Shown here piece after piece: positions 18,119 to 22,467 of a stretch of 22,467 bases of DNA (its first letter is position 1; each line of letters opens with the position of its first letter). This DNA comes from a virus (taxonomy: Duplodnaviria > Heunggongvirae > Uroviricota > Caudoviricetes), in the IMG/VR virus record IMGVR_UViG_2636415673_000005; one strand, 5' to 3'. The notes beneath the pieces are model-generated. The model was not told the DNA's origin and searched no databases. It was given only the letters and a program-made list of their open reading frames with translations. The position numbers and the translations under genes are program-made.

Positions 18119-18141
18119 ATTAAAAATGGGGCCGAAGCCCC
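18119..18141 (-). terminator. Intrinsic terminator/attenuator immediately after the major capsid gene
   Basis: Seen in sequence: minus-strand RNA GGGGC-UUCG-GCCCC followed by AUUUUUAAU, 10 nt after the capsid stop codon. Confidence 0.5.
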
Positions 18142-18151
18142 GTTTGAATGT

Positions 18152-19291
18152 TTAACCAAGAATCAGACAACCATGTGCCGGCTTCACTGATGAAACACCC
18201 CATGCCAGTCCAACTTCATAGCGCACCTGGCGATACTGACGATACAGTGCAATCTGGAACGTAATCCCTGAAATCGGGTCCGTAACATTCATTACATCAT
18301 CAGCATTATCGCCACCTTCCGGCATTGCCGGAGTACGGGATGCCAGCAGAAACGCGTTGCGATCAAACGCCATATTTGCAGTAAAGGCCCCAACAACTGT
18401 GATGGCAGTATCATCGGCCAGATCCTGACGCAGTCCGGGCGCTGCAAGAGTAATCAGATTGCTGGTCGCTGCTGCCACAACATACTGATTCGGATCACCA
18501 GCGAACGTAACAATCTGACCTGCAGAAATACTCCCCGAACCAGTATCAATGGAAATAAGAACATCGCCTTCTTTTTTCTCTCCATTCACGAGATAACCAG
18601 TTGCAGCAACCTTTGGCGCTCGTTTCACACCTGCCGAACTGTGAATATTGAATCCCTCCAGACGCCCCAACACGCCCTCACGCAGTAGCTGTTCAGTGCC
18701 GGATTCATTCACTTTAAACAATACAGACTGTTTTCCGCGCAAATTAGCAATGGCAGTGGAGCCAAGCACCATCTGCAGATCGGTTGTCGGTGCGCCGTTA
18801 TCCTCCAGAACCTGACGAGCCAGAGCAGCATCAGAAAGATCATCTTTAACACCAAACGGCGTTGTCCCTGCGGTTCCCACGGCGCGGGAAGCACCGAAAT
18901 ACAACGCACCAAGATCAGCCTCAACCTCGTTTGCAAGGGCGCGAAAAGCCTGCTTGAACTGATCAGCCAGAATGGTGTTGTAAGTCCCTGAAGGGCCAAG
19001 AGCCAGTTGTTCTTCACCATTCCATTTAACCGGTGCCATTTTGGATTTAGTAATTTTTACATCAACAGTGCCAATATTTTGATCACCGGTATTCGGAGCT
19101 GACGGCCCCGGTACGATATCTTCGGTTTTCGCCTCAGGCGCAACTGGCGCGGTTACCGTCTGATCTTTTGCTGCGGCGTCAGCTTTTGCGTTTTTTGCTA
19201 CCGCAGGGATAAAACCTACCTGCTCACGGGATACAACATCCAGGGCGGTATAAATAGTCGGGATCAACCCGGTCAGGGTATTTCCAGCCAT
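18152..19291 (-). CDS. Major capsid protein
   Basis: About 380 aa from the ATG at 19291 (MAGNTLTGLIPTIY…) with AAGGAA upstream; the ORF track extends to 19384 without a ribosome-binding site. Position after the scaffold gene and size fit a major capsid protein. Not lambda gpE-like. Confidence 0.65.
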   Translation of the reverse strand: MAGNTLTGLIPTIYTALDVVSREQVGFIPAVAKNAKADAAAKDQTVTAPVAPEAKTEDIVPGPSAPNTGDQNIGTVDVKITKSKMAPVKWNGEEQLALGPSGTYNTILADQFKQAFRALANEVEADLGALYFGASRAVGTAGTTPFGVKDDLSDAALARQVLEDNGAPTTDLQMVLGSTAIANLRGKQSVLFKVNESGTEQLLREGVLGRLEGFNIHSSAGVKRAPKVAATGYLVNGEKKEGDVLISIDTGSGSISAGQIVTFAGDPNQYVVAAATSNLITLAAPGLRQDLADDTAITVVGAFTANMAFDRNAFLLASRTPAMPEGGDNADDVMNVTDPISGITFQIALYRQYRQVRYEVGLAWGVSSVKPAHGCLILG

Positions 19292-19389
19292 AATTAAATA
19301 TTCCTTAAAAATTTGCGTAATTGTGAATAGATGGAGTAATGAGCTATCCAGCCCTGACACCAGCTCCCATCCGGAAGCTGACAAATGTG

Positions 19390-20154
19390 TTAATCAACGA
19401 TTGTGATACCGTCTTTCAATGCGTTTTGCTTACCTGCAACATCCAGTGCATCAAAAGCAGAGCGTTTCATCGTTTTCTGACCAATATCATGCTGTGTCGG
19501 ACGGGAGCCGCCGCCATTGTTGCCACTGGCTTTCAGGATGTAGTCTTTCTGAGGGTAATTTTCGACAAGGAACTCCAGCGCCTCATCAAACTGCGCCAGT
19601 TCGCCAGGCTTCGCGCGGGAATAAATTTTGTTGCCGGAAGCGTCATAAGCAACGATCCTCCCTTCTTCCACTTTGAATGCCTGCCCGAAGCGGGCTTGTA
19701 ATAAATCTGCCGGGATCGCAATTTTATCGGCAATATATTTTGAACCCGCAAAACTACCGCCAATCATAGAATCGTAAAGCTGCTTCTCCAGCATCTGAGA
19801 GCGTTGCTTTTCTTCATCTAATTGCTGCTGAAAATTTTTCGTAATTTCTGCCTTAACCTGGTCAACCTGTCCCGCATCGAGCAGCTTTTTCTGGTCGATT
19901 TTTGACAGCATTTCCAGTGCCTCGATCGCCTTCTTCGGGTCTTCGATAGCGGCAAACTTAGCCAGTTTTTCCTCTGCAGCTTCTTTAGCCAGGCGATGAT
20001 TTTTTGCCTCGCCATTAAGCTCTGTAATTTTTTTTGTCGCCAGCGGTGCATCGAAGCCAATTTCTTTACCATCGTCGTGCACATAAACTGGCAGGCCAGC
20101 AGTATCAATTTCTGCGTATTGTTTTCCGTTAATCTCGACCGTTTTCAGTTTCAT
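19390..20154 (-). CDS. Head scaffolding protein (putative)
   Basis: About 255 aa from MKLKTVEINGKQ…; central charged, coiled-coil-like segment (…KEAAEEKLAKFAAIEDPKKAIEALEMLSKIDQKKLL…QQQLDEEKQRSQMLEKQL…). Lies directly upstream of the capsid gene. Confidence 0.5.
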   Translation of the reverse strand: MKLKTVEINGKQYAEIDTAGLPVYVHDDGKEIGFDAPLATKKITELNGEAKNHRLAKEAAEEKLAKFAAIEDPKKAIEALEMLSKIDQKKLLDAGQVDQVKAEITKNFQQQLDEEKQRSQMLEKQLYDSMIGGSFAGSKYIADKIAIPADLLQARFGQAFKVEEGRIVAYDASGNKIYSRAKPGELAQFDEALEFLVENYPQKDYILKASGNNGGGSRPTQHDIGQKTMKRSAFDALDVAGKQNALKDGITIVD

Positions 20155-20211
20155 ATTAGTACCTGGTTTAAGTCTTCCGACAGTTACGCTGCTCACCATC
20201 CGGATCGCAGC

Positions 20212-20238
20212 AATAAAAAAGGCCACCCGAAGGTAGCC
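20212..20238 (-). terminator. Strong intrinsic terminator between the head-morphogenesis gene and the scaffold gene
   Basis: Seen in sequence: minus-strand RNA GGCUACC-UUCG-GGUGGCC (7 bp including one G-U pair) followed by UUUUUUAUU. Confidence 0.55.
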
Positions 20239-20258
20239 TGTTGTAATAAATGATTTAT

Positions 20259-21354
20259 TTAAATCCCTGCTTTTCTGAATACCTGTGCATCACGCTCACG
20301 GAGCTGCTTCAGCGTCAGCCATTCGCCTTTATCGGTGTAAAATTCATCTGGCGACATACCACCATCCCGAATCAGCTTTGCTCGGGTTTCCCCCACAATC
20401 TGTTTTTGTCTGGTGTAAGGCTGACGCAAAAACCATTCCCTGTAGGTTGTATCTCCGGCCACCACGCCATCCATGCTGGCCCGCTCAGCCGGGGAAATAT
20501 CGCGAACATCAATACCCAGTTCCTTCGCTGATTTCAGAATGAACGTTTCCGTTGAGCGGCAGCAGAAATGAATTTTTCCCGGCCCCTGCAAATAAGGCAC
20601 GCTGTGACCTACAGGTTTATTATTCAGCGTATATTTGAGGCGATCCCTGATTCGACATTGTGGCGTAGTACGATTATCAAGCGTTGATAACCATTGCTTA
20701 CCCTTAATCAAATCATTATTCGCGCTGGCAAAACTCTCACGGGCAGTAGCAGCAAGATGTCCAACCGCTGTTTTTGCAATGCTGGCCGCATTAGCCCGGC
20801 TCATCTGCAATGCACCATCCTGAAATCCCTTACTGACATGTCCCCGAATTTTTCTTGCGATCTGCTCATTGGTATCCCCCAGCAAAAAACCCTGACGCAC
20901 TGTATTTGTTATGCGTCTGAGCCGATCCGCTTCAAGATCTGAGGCCCACTCACTGAGCAGTCGTCCCTGGAATGGTCGCGCCATTGCAGCGGCATAAAGT
21001 GCATCAGGAGAGATACCAACCAGAGGGTGAACATCAGCAACAAAATCAGGTAGCATAGAATCAAACAGACTTAACTGATAACCAGCCTCATAAATTGCCA
21101 GCTCGTTCAGCTCTCCGGAGAGACTGGTAAACATGCTGTTAATAGCAGTGCGGTTAACCTCTCTGACGCTCGCCAGAAGTGACTCCAGGCGCTTAACGGT
21201 AAAACTACCTGGATCGAGGCTGTCCAGTGCTATCAGCAGGCGAGCAGTAAGTTCCGCATCGCTGTCATTCAGTATTTTCACCATTCTGGCAGCCACGCCA
21301 GTGCTATAGCGGGATATCCAGACTGCATGAGCAATTGATTCATCACGCAGCCGT

Positions 21355-21374
<20 letters not shown>
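20259..21374 (-). CDS. Head morphogenesis protein (phage Mu gpF-like / SPP1 gp7-like minor head protein)
   Basis: 371 aa. Position immediately after the portal gene and the motif region …TTPQCRIRD…HFCCRS… resemble Mu-F family proteins. Confidence 0.55.

Positions 21375-22467
<1,093 letters not shown>

Noticed and set aside
19339-20253. Plus-strand ORFs antisense to the scaffold gene (19339-19701, 19419-19676, 19996-20253) and minus-strand alternative frames (19533-19763, 19818-20108)
   Set aside because: Overlap the better-supported scaffold frame; translations are Cys/Arg/Lys-rich with no ribosome-binding sites.

Overview
This window is the late (virion structural) region of a lambdoid prophage, encoded almost entirely on the minus strand and read from right to left. 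The order is: portal C-terminal fragment, Mu-F-like head morphogenesis protein, scaffold, major capsid, head-tail joining proteins, gpU-like tail terminator, major tail protein, G/GT tail chaperone pair with a -1 frameshift site, tape measure, then a tail-tip module M-L-K-I-J that I recognise as very lambda-like, followed by lom, a side tail fibre (stf-like), a small acidic ORF and a second fibre protein with a C-terminal intramolecular-chaperone domain. The right end is interrupted by an IS3-family insertion sequence (its orfA runs off the window on the plus strand), which cuts the portal gene, so the prophage is probably defective for packaging. The left ~850 bp holds an AT-rich non-coding stretch and one small predicted membrane protein. 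Intrinsic-terminator-like hairpins sit in several intergenic gaps of the operon. I see no rRNA, tRNA or CRISPR array, and no obvious defence system. The most interesting material is the variable tail-fibre locus, the IS-disrupted portal, and the frameshift site. All homology statements come from reading the translations and from memory of the lambda proteins; none has been checked by database search.
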